Shown: positions 29,536-38,884 of the stretch, piece by piece | Layout of the letters: each line of letters begins with the position of its first letter | How positions within the stretch are numbered: the stretch's first letter is position 1 | From: a virus | Taxonomy: Duplodnaviria; Caudoviricetes | Reading direction: 5' to 3' (one strand) | DNA length: 64,000 nt | IMG/VR virus record: IMGVR_UViG_3300012157_000001 | Span: 115,402 to 179,401 of that record | The notes under the pieces: generated by a model | Database searches by the model: none | What the model saw: the letters and a program-made list of their open reading frames with translations, nothing else | What the model was told of the DNA's origin: nothing | Program-made: the position numbers and the translations under genes

Positions 29536-30950
29536 GTCGGATATTGTTTGCCTCTCCGTGGGCGCTTCTCAAGGGGGATCCTCGGAGGCATACGGGCCCC
29601 TCCGCGGGCGCTTTTGACAGCAGTGAAGTCGCCGGGCTCAAAAGGGAGAGGCCCGCCGGAGACACGACGCCTCTCCGTGGGCACTGAGCTCCCTCATCTT
29701 TCTCGGAGCAACGATGCCACTCCGCGGGCGCTCGGGGGCAATTTGTCCATGGTCGGAGTCACAACGCCACTCCGCGGGCACCGAAGGAAACAGAGCGGCC
29801 CGGAGGTACGACGCCTCTCCGTGGGCTTCCGCTGGCCAGTCGGGTGTCGTCGGAGGCACTACGCCGCTCCGCGGGCGCTGATGACGAAGCACTACATCAC
29901 CTCGGAGAGACCTCGCCGCTCCGCCGGCTCTGATCGCGCCCCCATCGGGGAACGTCGCAATGTGGCGCATATGCCCGGAGACACGACGCCTCTCCGCGGG
30001 CGCTGATGGCCCCCAACCGGAGATCCTGAATGAACCCCGCCAACGCCTCGGAGACACGACGCCTCTCCGCGGGCGCTGACGGCTTTCCGAAGACAGGCGG
30101 CTCGTGCGCATGTTGCGGCCCGGAGACACAACGCCCCTCCGCGGGCTCTGACGGGAGCATCCTGCTGGTGAGCGGCGCGCCATCGGGGTGCTCTCGGAGA
30201 CACGACGCCCCTCCGCGGGCTCTGCTGGATCGAATGCGGCGTCTGATGGAGCTCGCATCCTCGTCTCGGAGAGAACGACGCCCCTCCGCGGGCTCTGACG
30301 GACGTAGTACGGCACGCCGTACACGCTGCTGGAGAAGCCTCGGAGACACGACGCCCCTCCGCGGGCGCTGATGGTCGTTGCGGCGCCGTAGGCCATTGTG
30401 AAGAGCTGGTCTCGGAGACACGACGCCCCTCCGCGGGCTCTGGCGGTCACGAACACGGAACGCTCCTCGACCTCGACGACTCGGAGAAACCACGCCGCTC
30501 CGCCGGCTCTGATCGCCGGGCACGCGCAGAGCGATGTACTCGATTGCCTGGACCTCGGAGAAACCACGCCGCTCCGCCGGCTCTGATCGTTGCTTCCGCC
30601 GTGGCTTTCGACACTTGGGTCGGCTCGGAGACACGACGCCCCTCCGCGGGCGCTGATGGATGCACCGCCGGAAGTTGGATGCGCGGTCACCCTTTGCTCG
30701 GAGACACGACGCCCCTCCGCGGGCTCTGATTGGGCGTAGATCGAGTTCGCCAAGCCCATCAGGGTGACGTCGGAGACACGACGCCCCTCCGCGGGCTCTG
30801 ATTGGCGGTCAATGCCGAAGACGGTTCGGTCTGGGCGTGGGTCGGAGACACGACGCCCCTCCGCGGGCTCTGATTGGGAGCTCATCCAATTGTCGACACG
30901 ACCGTCAGGACCGGGTCGGAGACACGACGCCCCTCCGCGGGCTCTGATTG
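29536..30950 (-). CRISPR. type V-like CRISPR array, 22 repeats (36 nt) in two blocks
   Basis: plus-strand repeat GTCGGAGACACGACGCCCCTCCGCGGGCTCTGATTG; repeat starts 29536, 29581, 29655, 29702, 29752, 29799, 29849, 29901, 29974, 30047, 30119, 30193, 30265, 30339, 30411, 30480, 30554, 30624, 30697, 30769, 30841, 30915; most uniform next to the cas gene, so leader at the right end. Confidence 0.96.
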
Positions 30951-31022
30951 GGGGCGCCGTAGCGACCCCTTTCGATTCGGGTGCTTGCATTGCATTTTGC
31001 GAGCGGTCCCATGGGCCGCTAC

Positions 31023-33032
31023 TTACTCCGCGGCTGAGACCGTTGGGCCTTCGTCCGTGTTCGCGTTCGTTTCGACGTCGTTTGCGGCATCGCGAGCGGC
31101 TGCCGCCTTTTTCGCGGCACCGGACTGGTCGCGCTCTTTGTAGCGGTCCGGACCGAACGCTGCCTTCAGCGCTGCCTTGAGCTCATGCACGCAGGCGAGC
31201 TGCCGATTGTGTCGTGCCGCCTGGTGGAGCTCGTTCGGCTTGTCCTCGGCCTTGTCCCGAAGCGCGATCTGATCGAGGTCTACCGCGCCGCTCACCTCGC
31301 AGATCTCGAACTGCGTACAAAGCTTCGCCGCGGTCACTCGATAGAAGTCGCGGCGGCGCCCCATTGCGTGGTTGCGCGCACCCGCTGCCATCGCTTCGAG
31401 GTGCTCGTCTTTCCGGCGCCACATCGCGAGCCAGAAGGTGAAAATCGTGTCCGGCGTGGTGAGCCCAAGGATCGCGGCGTACTTGCCGATGTCCGGCTCG
31501 AAGAGATCTTCGTGCGCCGCACGTCGCAGGTCGCGCCAGCGCTTCCACATGGCGTACTCCTCTTCACGCTTGTCGAGTACTTCGAGCATCACAGCCGAGA
31601 CGCGCTTGAGCTTCCAGTGCGCGCGCCACTGCGACAGACCGTGCGCCGCCTCGAACACGCGAGTCGGCTGCGACGCGATCCGCTTGGCGACCTCGGCACG
31701 CGCGCTGTCGAAGAGGGTGTCGGCGACGCTGCGGAGCCTCTCCGCGAACCGCAGCGATTCGACTACTCCCGCCCGGCGGCCACGCTCGTGCGCGCCGCCA
31801 GGAAGCCGGAGCGGCTCGCCGTTGACGTGCGCGACGATCAGCGTCTTGTTCTCGTTGTCCTGCGTCCAGCAGAGGCGCACGTTCACCGTTCCCGTTCCGG
31901 GCGCGCGCTGAATGAGCGGCTCCGTCGGATCGAGGGTGAACTGCAAGCTGTACTCCCAGCGACCCGGCGACTCCTCGCTCGGAACGAGGTACGCCCACCG
32001 CACCTTGGTATCCGGCGGGATCGGCCGGTGGAGCACGACGTCCATGGTCACCCACCAGTTGCCAGCGGGGCCGTCGTACTTCGGCCGGTAGTAGTCCGGT
32101 GCCGCCGCCAATGCCTCGCGCGTCTCGGCGCGCACGCGCATGTGCACGGTCGCGCGCTGCTTGACGCGGCCGCCGTTCGCGCCGCCTTGGTTGCGCACGT
32201 CCGTGATCCGGAGCTCGTTGTTCTTGCCGGCGAGCAGATCGCCCCACGTGGCGTCGTTGATCTCCCAGCCGATCCGGCGGAGCCGCCTGCGGCTATACGT
32301 CGGTCGCCGCTTCGGACGACGGGGCTCGCCGTCGGGCCGCGGCTTCGGGCGCTTGCATGCCGCCGGCAGGTCTACACGCTGAATTGAGTGGTACGTGCCA
32401 ACGGAGAGCAGCCTTGCCTCTTTGATCCAACCACGCAGCGCATCGGCTTGCGTCTCCAGCTGCGCGAGCCGACGCCACGCCTCAGGCCATTGCGCCTCTG
32501 CGAGCATTTCGTCACGCGCCTGAATGTCCGACCGCCGCTTTGCGTGGCGGTCTCCATCATTCGAGCCCCACGCCGAGCGGAGTCGCGCCGACCGCGCCGT
32601 GAACTCTTGCTGCGCCGGCTCCACGACCGCGGCGAACTGGCCACGCATCGGCTTCGCTAGCTCCGCGGCCGCTTTGCGCCAGGCCTTCAGCTCCGTGATC
32701 AGGTCGACCTCGTCCGATACGTCCACGGCTTTCTTCACCGGCTTCACCGGCCGTCCTGTCGCCGCCGTCGCCTTGCGTCGCTTCTCGCGGATGCCTCCGC
32801 GCTTGCCGCCCTTGCCCGCGTGCTCGCCGATCCACTCGTCGAGCTGCTGGTACGCTTCGTCGATCTCGCCGAGCCCCGGCACGGTCTCCGACCGGATCGC
32901 GGCGAACTGTGAGCGGCGCCACCGCTCGATGGTCACGAGCGACTGATAGTACTGCGCTGCCGCGCGCATCTCCGCAAGCGCGAGCGACTCACCGGTCAGG
33001 AACTTTCGAACACCGAACTTGGCAACGAGCAT
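31023..33032 (-). CDS. cas12m: Cas12m-like (type V-U1/V-M) effector, predicted nuclease-dead and C-terminally truncated, 669 aa
   Basis: adjacent to array; AGGAG RBS; YYQSLVTIER, LSVGTYHSI, VVLHRPIPPDTKVRWA, RuvC-I-like TVNVRLCW, LSQWRA, RRRDFYRVTAAKL, RQLACVHELK. Confidence 0.8.
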   Translation of the reverse strand: MLVAKFGVRKFLTGESLALAEMRAAAQYYQSLVTIERWRRSQFAAIRSETVPGLGEIDEAYQQLDEWIGEHAGKGGKRGGIREKRRKATAATGRPVKPVKKAVDVSDEVDLITELKAWRKAAAELAKPMRGQFAAVVEPAQQEFTARSARLRSAWGSNDGDRHAKRRSDIQARDEMLAEAQWPEAWRRLAQLETQADALRGWIKEARLLSVGTYHSIQRVDLPAACKRPKPRPDGEPRRPKRRPTYSRRRLRRIGWEINDATWGDLLAGKNNELRITDVRNQGGANGGRVKQRATVHMRVRAETREALAAAPDYYRPKYDGPAGNWWVTMDVVLHRPIPPDTKVRWAYLVPSEESPGRWEYSLQFTLDPTEPLIQRAPGTGTVNVRLCWTQDNENKTLIVAHVNGEPLRLPGGAHERGRRAGVVESLRFAERLRSVADTLFDSARAEVAKRIASQPTRVFEAAHGLSQWRAHWKLKRVSAVMLEVLDKREEEYAMWKRWRDLRRAAHEDLFEPDIGKYAAILGLTTPDTIFTFWLAMWRRKDEHLEAMAAGARNHAMGRRRDFYRVTAAKLCTQFEICEVSGAVDLDQIALRDKAEDKPNELHQAARHNRQLACVHELKAALKAAFGPDRYKERDQSGAAKKAAAARDAANDVETNANTDEGPTVSAAE

Positions 33033-33104
33033 GGGACTGGTCTCCTTTGTCTTTGGTTCAAGCAGTCGAGGCGAGCGCTTCGCCCCGCGCTGCCATTGAC
33101 CCAC

Positions 33105-33124
33105 GTGCTGCCAGTGCTGTCAAG
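33105..33124 (-). promoter_or_regulatory. TTGACA -35 box with 9-bp direct repeat, upstream of the cas12 gene
   Basis: CTTGACAGCACTGGCAGCAC, 19/20 identical to 29285-29304. Confidence 0.65.
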
Positions 33125-33617
33125 CCGAAGACTCTGGACTCTCGATCTGCGAGGAAAAGCCAGCAAGAAACAGTACCACGCGCTCCCGCTCCGCCTCCGC
33201 TCGCGAAGGCACCCAGTACCGCACAAGTCGCGCGCGGGCCGGCAGCCACGGTCTGCCCACCGCCTTGCGCAAGCGCTCCAGCTCGTCGTCGCTTTCGACG
33301 CGCACCACGATGTACAAGAAGCTCACGGGAGGATCCGTATCGGATGCCGCAGCACGGCCAGCGCCCGGCTCTCGTCCGGCGTTGCTGTACAGGCTGAGCA
33401 GAGCCAAAAGCACATCGGCGCTCTCGCGTCGTCCTGTAGCAGCTCGCATTTTAGCACCACCCAGCCAGCCGGCATGCCGTCGAGCAGCCGGACCGGGGCG
33501 CTCGTTTTGCCAAAACTCACCTGCCGCGCCGCTTGACATGCAGCGCACCGGTACACGTATCGCAGCTCGTGCCCGGCTATGTACTCGCCGCGCCGGCCTC
33601 TTGCGGTCACGCGCGCG

Positions 33618-33962
33618 TTACTGAGCTTCGCCATGCGCCTTCCCGCGGCGCTTCTTCCCGGTGCCAAGTGCCTCCTCGATCAGAAGCTTGCATCGCTGGC
33701 ACGCCGCGATCACTGTGGCGTCCTTCAGCGTGACTGCCTTGAGCTCGATGATGACCGGCTTGTCCACCGCGTAGTGCTCCGGGTATTCGAGCGCGATCGT
33801 GTCCGACGCAGCGAGCTGCCAGAAGCTCGGGTAGTCGATCTTCCGCACGATCGTGCACGCATGCGGCGCCCGGCACCGCCGCGGCGCCACGTCGGCAGTC
33901 CACCCGTGCGTGTGGCCACACTGCCCCGTGCACTGACACATACCGCCCGAACCTTGCCCCAT
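33618..33962 (-). CDS. Cys-rich, degenerate HNH-like protein
   Basis: CQCTGQCGHTH...RC...AACQRC. Confidence 0.55.
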   Translation of the reverse strand: MGQGSGGMCQCTGQCGHTHGWTADVAPRRCRAPHACTIVRKIDYPSFWQLAASDTIALEYPEHYAVDKPVIIELKAVTLKDATVIAACQRCKLLIEEALGTGKKRRGKAHGEAQ

Positions 33963-34198
33963 CAGTGCAGCCTTTGCGGTTCCTGCTCCGACTCACGCGG
34001 ATCCGACAAGATGATCCCTCGCTGGCGGGCGGCCACTATCAACAACTGAATGCTCGCCTCCTGCGAGCCGATGATCTGCACGGCGCGAGCGAGCTTTCGC
34101 CGACCCGCGCGCCGCGAGAGGTACAGGTACACCGCTACGCCGAAGAACAGCGTGCCGTCGATCCGATGCCAGACTTCGAGCGCGCCCGTCCAGCTCAT
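33962..34198 (-). CDS. small membrane protein
   Basis: one TM helix; coupled ORF. Confidence 0.55.
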   Translation of the reverse strand: MSWTGALEVWHRIDGTLFFGVAVYLYLSRRAGRRKLARAVQIIGSQEASIQLLIVAARQRGIILSDPRESEQEPQRLH

Positions 34199-35034
34199 AC
34201 GCCGTCGAGCCCCAGCGCTCTCCGGAGCGCGTCCAGCTTTTCGTTCGCCCGACTCGCATCACACGTGCACTCGTTCGAGTCCCCCGAGTGGGCCTTCCGG
34301 CACCACCGATAGTGCGCCACACTCACGTCGCGCAGAGCCTCAGCCGCACGCGCGATAGCGAGCAGCGTCGGCGCCGCGTTACGAAGGCGCCAGTACAATG
34401 CCTGCTCCGCGTGCGAGACGAACGCAGCGATCGGTGTGCCGCCGGGAACCGGTTGGCCCTTCGGCTGCACCGGCCACACGATTTCCTGGTCCGAGATGCC
34501 CGTGTAGTCCGCCCAGCCCGCGGGCCATCCGTGGCCGGCGAGCTGCTCAACTTCGAGTGGACCGGCGAGTTCTAGGTCACGCGCCAAGCCGGCGACGTCG
34601 AGCGACGCCTGCAGGCCCGGCCACAGTGGACCCATGGGCAGCGCGTCCGTGTTCGGCCCCGCCGGAACGTGAAACGCTTCCATCCCTGACGTCGACGGCG
34701 CCGGTTCAGTCGGGGCATTCGGCACCCCCTCGAAGGTCGAGGGTGCGGCAAGGCCCGCCATGAGCTCCGGTGGCATGGACTCCAACAGGATCCGTCCCTG
34801 TGCCATTTCTAGGGACGTCAGCGACTCGACCAGTGCAGCCACCCGGCCAGCCAGCGCCGCGGCCGGCGCAGGCAACGCTTTACGAATCGCGGTGGCGGCG
34901 CGTACCACCTGGTCCTGTGCCGTCGCGAGCTTTTCATACATCGTCGCGCGCGACTCCGCGCGCTCCAGCCGCTCGCGCAGCTCCGCCTCGTACGGCGTGC
35001 GCGGCGGCACCTCATCGCGACTGACCAGCGTCAC
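34195..35034 (-). CDS. hypothetical protein
   Basis: GTGA-coupled; coiled-coil N-terminus. Confidence 0.6.
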   Translation of the reverse strand: MTLVSRDEVPPRTPYEAELRERLERAESRATMYEKLATAQDQVVRAATAIRKALPAPAAALAGRVAALVESLTSLEMAQGRILLESMPPELMAGLAAPSTFEGVPNAPTEPAPSTSGMEAFHVPAGPNTDALPMGPLWPGLQASLDVAGLARDLELAGPLEVEQLAGHGWPAGWADYTGISDQEIVWPVQPKGQPVPGGTPIAAFVSHAEQALYWRLRNAAPTLLAIARAAEALRDVSVAHYRWCRKAHSGDSNECTCDASRANEKLDALRRALGLDGV

Positions 35035-35273
35035 GGCTCGTCCTTCGGGTCCGGCAGCCCCAGGCGAGCGCATCCGGAATGACCTGTGCGCCCGAACGTC
35101 AGCGTCAGCGTCACGTCGGTCGGGTCGTAACCAGGGAGGTTCGAGAGCTCCGTCAGCTGAGCCGTCAGCGCCATCAGCGCGGCCAGCTCGGTATGCGTAA
35201 GCTGCTCCGGTGGAGTCCCGAGCAGCAGCACGTACTTCGCTTTCGGATTTCCCAGCACCAGTTTCGGGTCCAT
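35031..35273 (-). CDS. hypothetical protein
   Basis: coupled ORF. Confidence 0.5.
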   Translation of the reverse strand: MDPKLVLGNPKAKYVLLLGTPPEQLTHTELAALMALTAQLTELSNLPGYDPTDVTLTLTFGRTGHSGCARLGLPDPKDEP

Positions 35274-35470
35274 TCAGGTCTCTCTTTTGGGTCCTGGAGG
35301 ATTCTCGCACGTGCACGGGTCGCACTCCGGGCATGCGTCCACGCCGTGCTCGCAGACGACAGGGATCGCGCACTCCCTCGCTACGCGAAAGCGGCAGTAG
35401 CGCGCGTGGTTCCAATACAGCGACCGCAGATGTCGCGGGTCGCCGGAGTCGAGCGACTGCCGCGCCTGGC

Positions 35471-35872
35471 TCACTGCTTCACCTGGACGTCGAAGGCCGC
35501 GAGCAACTTCTCCCGAATGTTCCGGCACTCGGCAGAACGCGACTTCCAGCTCTCAGCGAGTCCGGCCGCAAAAGCCGGACCTTCCAGCATCTGCGCATGC
35601 GCAGCGTTGCCGCGCGCAGCGTTGTCGCACTCGTTCACGATCGTCATCACCCGCGCGAAGACGGCTATCGCGCTATCTCCGACGACCAGCTTGGTCATTG
35701 TGCCCGGCCGGTGGCGCACCGCCCGGACGCGATCGAGGTGGACGTCTAGGAACATCGCGCCCGGCGCCGTGCATGGCTTGTCCGTACCTGCGTTGCATGT
35801 CGGGCATACGACCTGAAGAGCCAACACGCGCGTGCCCTGGACGGTCGCCAGCGCTGCTTCCGGTTCAATCAT
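35471..35872 (-). CDS. Zn-finger hypothetical protein
   Basis: CPTCNA....PC.......H..R. Confidence 0.6.
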   Translation of the reverse strand: MIEPEAALATVQGTRVLALQVVCPTCNAGTDKPCTAPGAMFLDVHLDRVRAVRHRPGTMTKLVVGDSAIAVFARVMTIVNECDNAARGNAAHAQMLEGPAFAAGLAESWKSRSAECRNIREKLLAAFDVQVKQ

Positions 35873-36333
35873 CGTTGAGTCTTACCCTGTCCCGCGCACG
35901 CCTCGCACGTCGAGCGCTGTTTGCCCTTCAGCGTGACCTTGCCCGCGCCGAAACACACTCTGCAGTCGTTCGCGTCGAGCGACAAGATCTCGCACCGCGG
36001 CGTGACGGTCTCCGCATGCACCAGAGTCCCAGACGCTGCGTTCTGCTCGAACAGGGCCAGGGCCTGCGCGGTCCCGGCGGTGTGCACCACCAGCTGCTCA
36101 CACGGTCCCGACTCGGCCTCGCGAAACCACTGGAACACGTACGTCCGCGAATGTCGGACCGGCTCGTCCGGCGCGCCACCGAGCAGCGGCTGCAGGGGCA
36201 GCTTCCCCGCGAGCAGCCCATCTCCTTCCACGTCGTCCGCCATCGCCAGCTGCTGGCGGTAGTGATCCTTCGTGGCCGGGTCGGCGATGGCGTCGATCAG
36301 CTCTTCTAACCGTCTTCGTTCTGTGGGCGTCAT
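35869..36333 (-). CDS. hypothetical protein with DnaJ-type CxxCxGxG motifs
   Basis: CRVCFGAG...CEACAGQG. Confidence 0.6.
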   Translation of the reverse strand: MTPTERRRLEELIDAIADPATKDHYRQQLAMADDVEGDGLLAGKLPLQPLLGGAPDEPVRHSRTYVFQWFREAESGPCEQLVVHTAGTAQALALFEQNAASGTLVHAETVTPRCEILSLDANDCRVCFGAGKVTLKGKQRSTCEACAGQGKTQR

Positions 36334-36336
36334 GGA

Positions 36337-36564
36337 TCAGTCCGGCACCTTCCGGCGATGCACGATCTGCCACTGCTCCATCGCGTCCGCGATGCGCCGT
36401 GCCTCGTCGCACTTTGCGATCGGCGCGCCCTCGCACTGGGCGCGGTATGCCCATTCGCGCACGAGCTCGGGACCGAGCATGTCCTGTGCTCGCAGGACAA
36501 AGACGGGCTCGTCCTCTCCCGCCTTCTCCAATGACGTGACGCCTTCCTTTTTTGTTGACGACAT
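36337..36564 (-). CDS. small phage hypothetical protein
   Basis: DEPVFVLRAQD...W motif. Confidence 0.7.
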   Translation of the reverse strand: MSSTKKEGVTSLEKAGEDEPVFVLRAQDMLGPELVREWAYRAQCEGAPIAKCDEARRIADAMEQWQIVHRRKVPD

Positions 36565-36575
36565 TCTTGGTGCCC

Positions 36576-36926
36576 TTACCTTTCTTCAATCGTTTCCTTC
36601 AGTACGTCTGCCAGCTCCGCTACGAGCGTGGCGAGCGCTTCGATGTCGGAGCCGTCGCGCTCGTCGTTGGCTCGGCCACCAATCCGATGGGCCTCGCGCA
36701 CGATGCGTTTCAAGGCGCTCCGCGGCGGCTCGGGGTCGCGAGAGTCCGGTTGCCGCTCGGCCTCCGGCACGTCCGCTGTCGAACCAAAAACTGCGGCGCG
36801 AATAACCGCCGACCGATCCGCCTGTGCGAGCGCCGCTCGGCGATCAATCTCCGCTCTCTCCGCGTCGCTCAGTAGAAACTGAAAGCGGTTGCGGCGCACA
36901 GTTATGCGACCGGAGTTTTTATTCAT
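36576..36926 (-). CDS. ribbon-helix-helix (MobC-like) DNA-binding protein
   Basis: FQFLLSDAERAEIDRRA....RSAVIR; GGAGG RBS. Confidence 0.6.
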   Translation of the reverse strand: MNKNSGRITVRRNRFQFLLSDAERAEIDRRAALAQADRSAVIRAAVFGSTADVPEAERQPDSRDPEPPRSALKRIVREAHRIGGRANDERDGSDIEALATLVAELADVLKETIEER

Positions 36927-37211
36927 GGCAACCTGACCTCCGGCGGTGGCGGCCAGACCTTCACGCCGCGACGATACTCTCCACCGCACCGCCAACAATA
37001 TTGCACTCTACCTCGTTCGGTAGTGATCGTGTGGAACGTGGCTCGAATACGGTTGGCGGCGCAATGCGGACAGGAATCGTTCTTCATGGCTTCACCGGCG
37101 ACGCGCTTCCACCAGAGTTCAGGCGCCCATGCTCCTCAGCCTCGCGAATGCGCTCGGCCGTCAGTCGCACGAGCCTGGTGCCTTCATCGCGACCGGTGTC
37201 GAGCCACAGAT

Positions 37212-37610
37212 TCATCGCCGGCTCCTCCGTTCCTCGTCCAGAATGTCCCGTGCGCCCCGCATGACACGATCAAGCGTCCAGTGGTCGTCGTTGACCTCGC
37301 GCAAGATGTCCGCCACGCGCTGCGCGCAGGCCGGAACCACCGCGGTGGCCTCAATGTGCTGCCGGAGCTCCTGCAGCGCCTCCAGACGCGAGTGGCCGAA
37401 GCCGGTTTCGTTGTCGACCTCTACGCGCCAGTCCATGCGACGCGCACTCGGACGCCCGCGACTCTCGCACCATGAAAAGGTTATCGAGACCGAGCGCGAG
37501 AATGCGGCGCCGTATCTCTCGCGAAGAACGCCCAGCGCCTCGATCAGCAGGTCGTCTACTTCGCCAGGGCCCATTCCGCTGACGACCGCCGCCGCAAGCT
37601 CGTCGCTCAT
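37212..37610 (-). CDS. hypothetical protein
   Basis: coupled ORF with RBS. Confidence 0.55.
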   Translation of the reverse strand: MSDELAAAVVSGMGPGEVDDLLIEALGVLRERYGAAFSRSVSITFSWCESRGRPSARRMDWRVEVDNETGFGHSRLEALQELRQHIEATAVVPACAQRVADILREVNDDHWTLDRVMRGARDILDEERRSRR

Positions 37611-38078
37611 CGCTTCGCTCCCCGCGTGCGGAGCTCAACCTGGTCGCGCTCGGCCGGGTCCATGGCCGCCCACGCCTCGCGGATCCGCGTCCAGAGTTCC
37701 TCTGGAACGTCTCTCGCATCGTTTACCAGGCGCGTGACCTCACCGAAACACGTGAGGTACTCCTGTACGAGCGGACTATCGGGCGCCGGAACGCTCACCG
37801 GTGACGTTTCCCATCCGGAAGCCAGGGCTTGTCCGCCGCGAGTCGCTCCAGCTCGGCCCGAAGCGCCTTGCTGATCCGGGGCCCACTGAACATCTTGCCG
37901 CTCTCCGTTCGAAAGATGACGCGAGCGATCCGGAGCTTCTTCGGACCCCGACCTCGGCGACCGACGACGAGCTCCATCACGCTCGATTCGATGGCCATGT
38001 CGAGCGCGATGGCCCGCCACTCTGTCCGAGTCCGGTTCGACGCCATGCTGTCACCGCTACCACCGCTGTCAGAGGCGG

Positions 38079-38378
38079 TCAACCAGGGCCACGACCCTTG
38101 AGCGCCTGTGCAGCCAATTCGCGCACTAACTCCGGGTTTTCTCGGGCAACGACCCACAGGCGCTCCAGCTCGGTCACTCGATTCACGAGCTCGACCAGGA
38201 CCCGCTGAGCCGACTCCACCCTGTCCATTTCCTCCACGAGCTTCCCGCGGATTTCGGTGAACTTCTCATCGGTGACCTCGGCGTCGCCCTCCTGCCTCTT
38301 TTCGAGACGCCCGAGCCGCGCGTCGATACGCGCCTCCACATCCGCCAGGTCGCCGAGCGAAGCGGGGTATTCGCTCAC
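38079..38378 (-). CDS. coiled-coil hypothetical protein
   Basis: heptad pattern; coupled ORF. Confidence 0.55.
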   Translation of the reverse strand: MSEYPASLGDLADVEARIDARLGRLEKRQEGDAEVTDEKFTEIRGKLVEEMDRVESAQRVLVELVNRVTELERLWVVARENPELVRELAAQALKGRGPG

Positions 38379-38884
38379 GGGTTGAACCTCGCAATCGGGG
38401 GCCAGCTCGAAGTCTGCAGGGCCGTCTGGGCGCTCAGAACGGATTGCGTTGCGCGGCGGCGCTCTTCGGGCCTACCGCTTAGAGCCGCCAAGGCGATCTC
38501 CCGCTCCAGCTCGTCCTTCGGCCCCCGCAGCAGCCGAGCGACTCGCTTGTCGTCGAGACCGCCTTCGAACAGAGCGCGCATCGAAGCGACCGGCTCCGGC
38601 GCGGCATACCATCGGCGCTTGTCGAGCTTCTTGTTCTTCCAGTCCTTGCCGCGTTGGTCGCGGATGACTGTAACCGCCATGCCGGCTTTACTCAGAACGT
38701 TCGCCTCTCGCCACCAGACTTCCACGAGGCCGAGTCGCTCGATGAGCGCAACGCGCGCCGCGTTCGAGCACGCCGCGCTGCCGGCGTGTCGGCTCATGTC
38801 CTTCACCTGTTTGCCGCACGCGGGACACGTCGGACGCGCCGATGTCGGGTTCGTCAGCTGAAGCGGCGGCGGCCTCTGCTTCAT
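38375..38884 (-). CDS. Zn-finger hypothetical protein
   Basis: CPACGK....H....C. Confidence 0.55.
   Translation of the reverse strand: MKQRPPPLQLTNPTSARPTCPACGKQVKDMSRHAGSAACSNAARVALIERLGLVEVWWREANVLSKAGMAVTVIRDQRGKDWKNKKLDKRRWYAAPEPVASMRALFEGGLDDKRVARLLRGPKDELEREIALAALSGRPEERRRATQSVLSAQTALQTSSWPPIARFNP

Noticed and set aside
29536-30950. Spacers self-targeting this window (10-11 nt hits near 14893, 21593, 51152, 56841)
   Set aside because: Short matches found by eye with no common PAM; plausible by chance in 64 kb. A computed search is still needed.
29638-30990. 450-aa and other repetitive ORFs across the array
   Set aside because: Translations of CRISPR repeats; no RBS or coding signal.
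31023-33032. IS605/IS607 TnpB transposon
   Set aside because: No TnpA, no Zn ribbon, too long, and tied to a CRISPR array.
30951-33320. tracrRNA/anti-repeat
   Set aside because: No extended repeat complement seen around the cas gene; 9-nt CTCGGAGAC hits elsewhere belong to other features.
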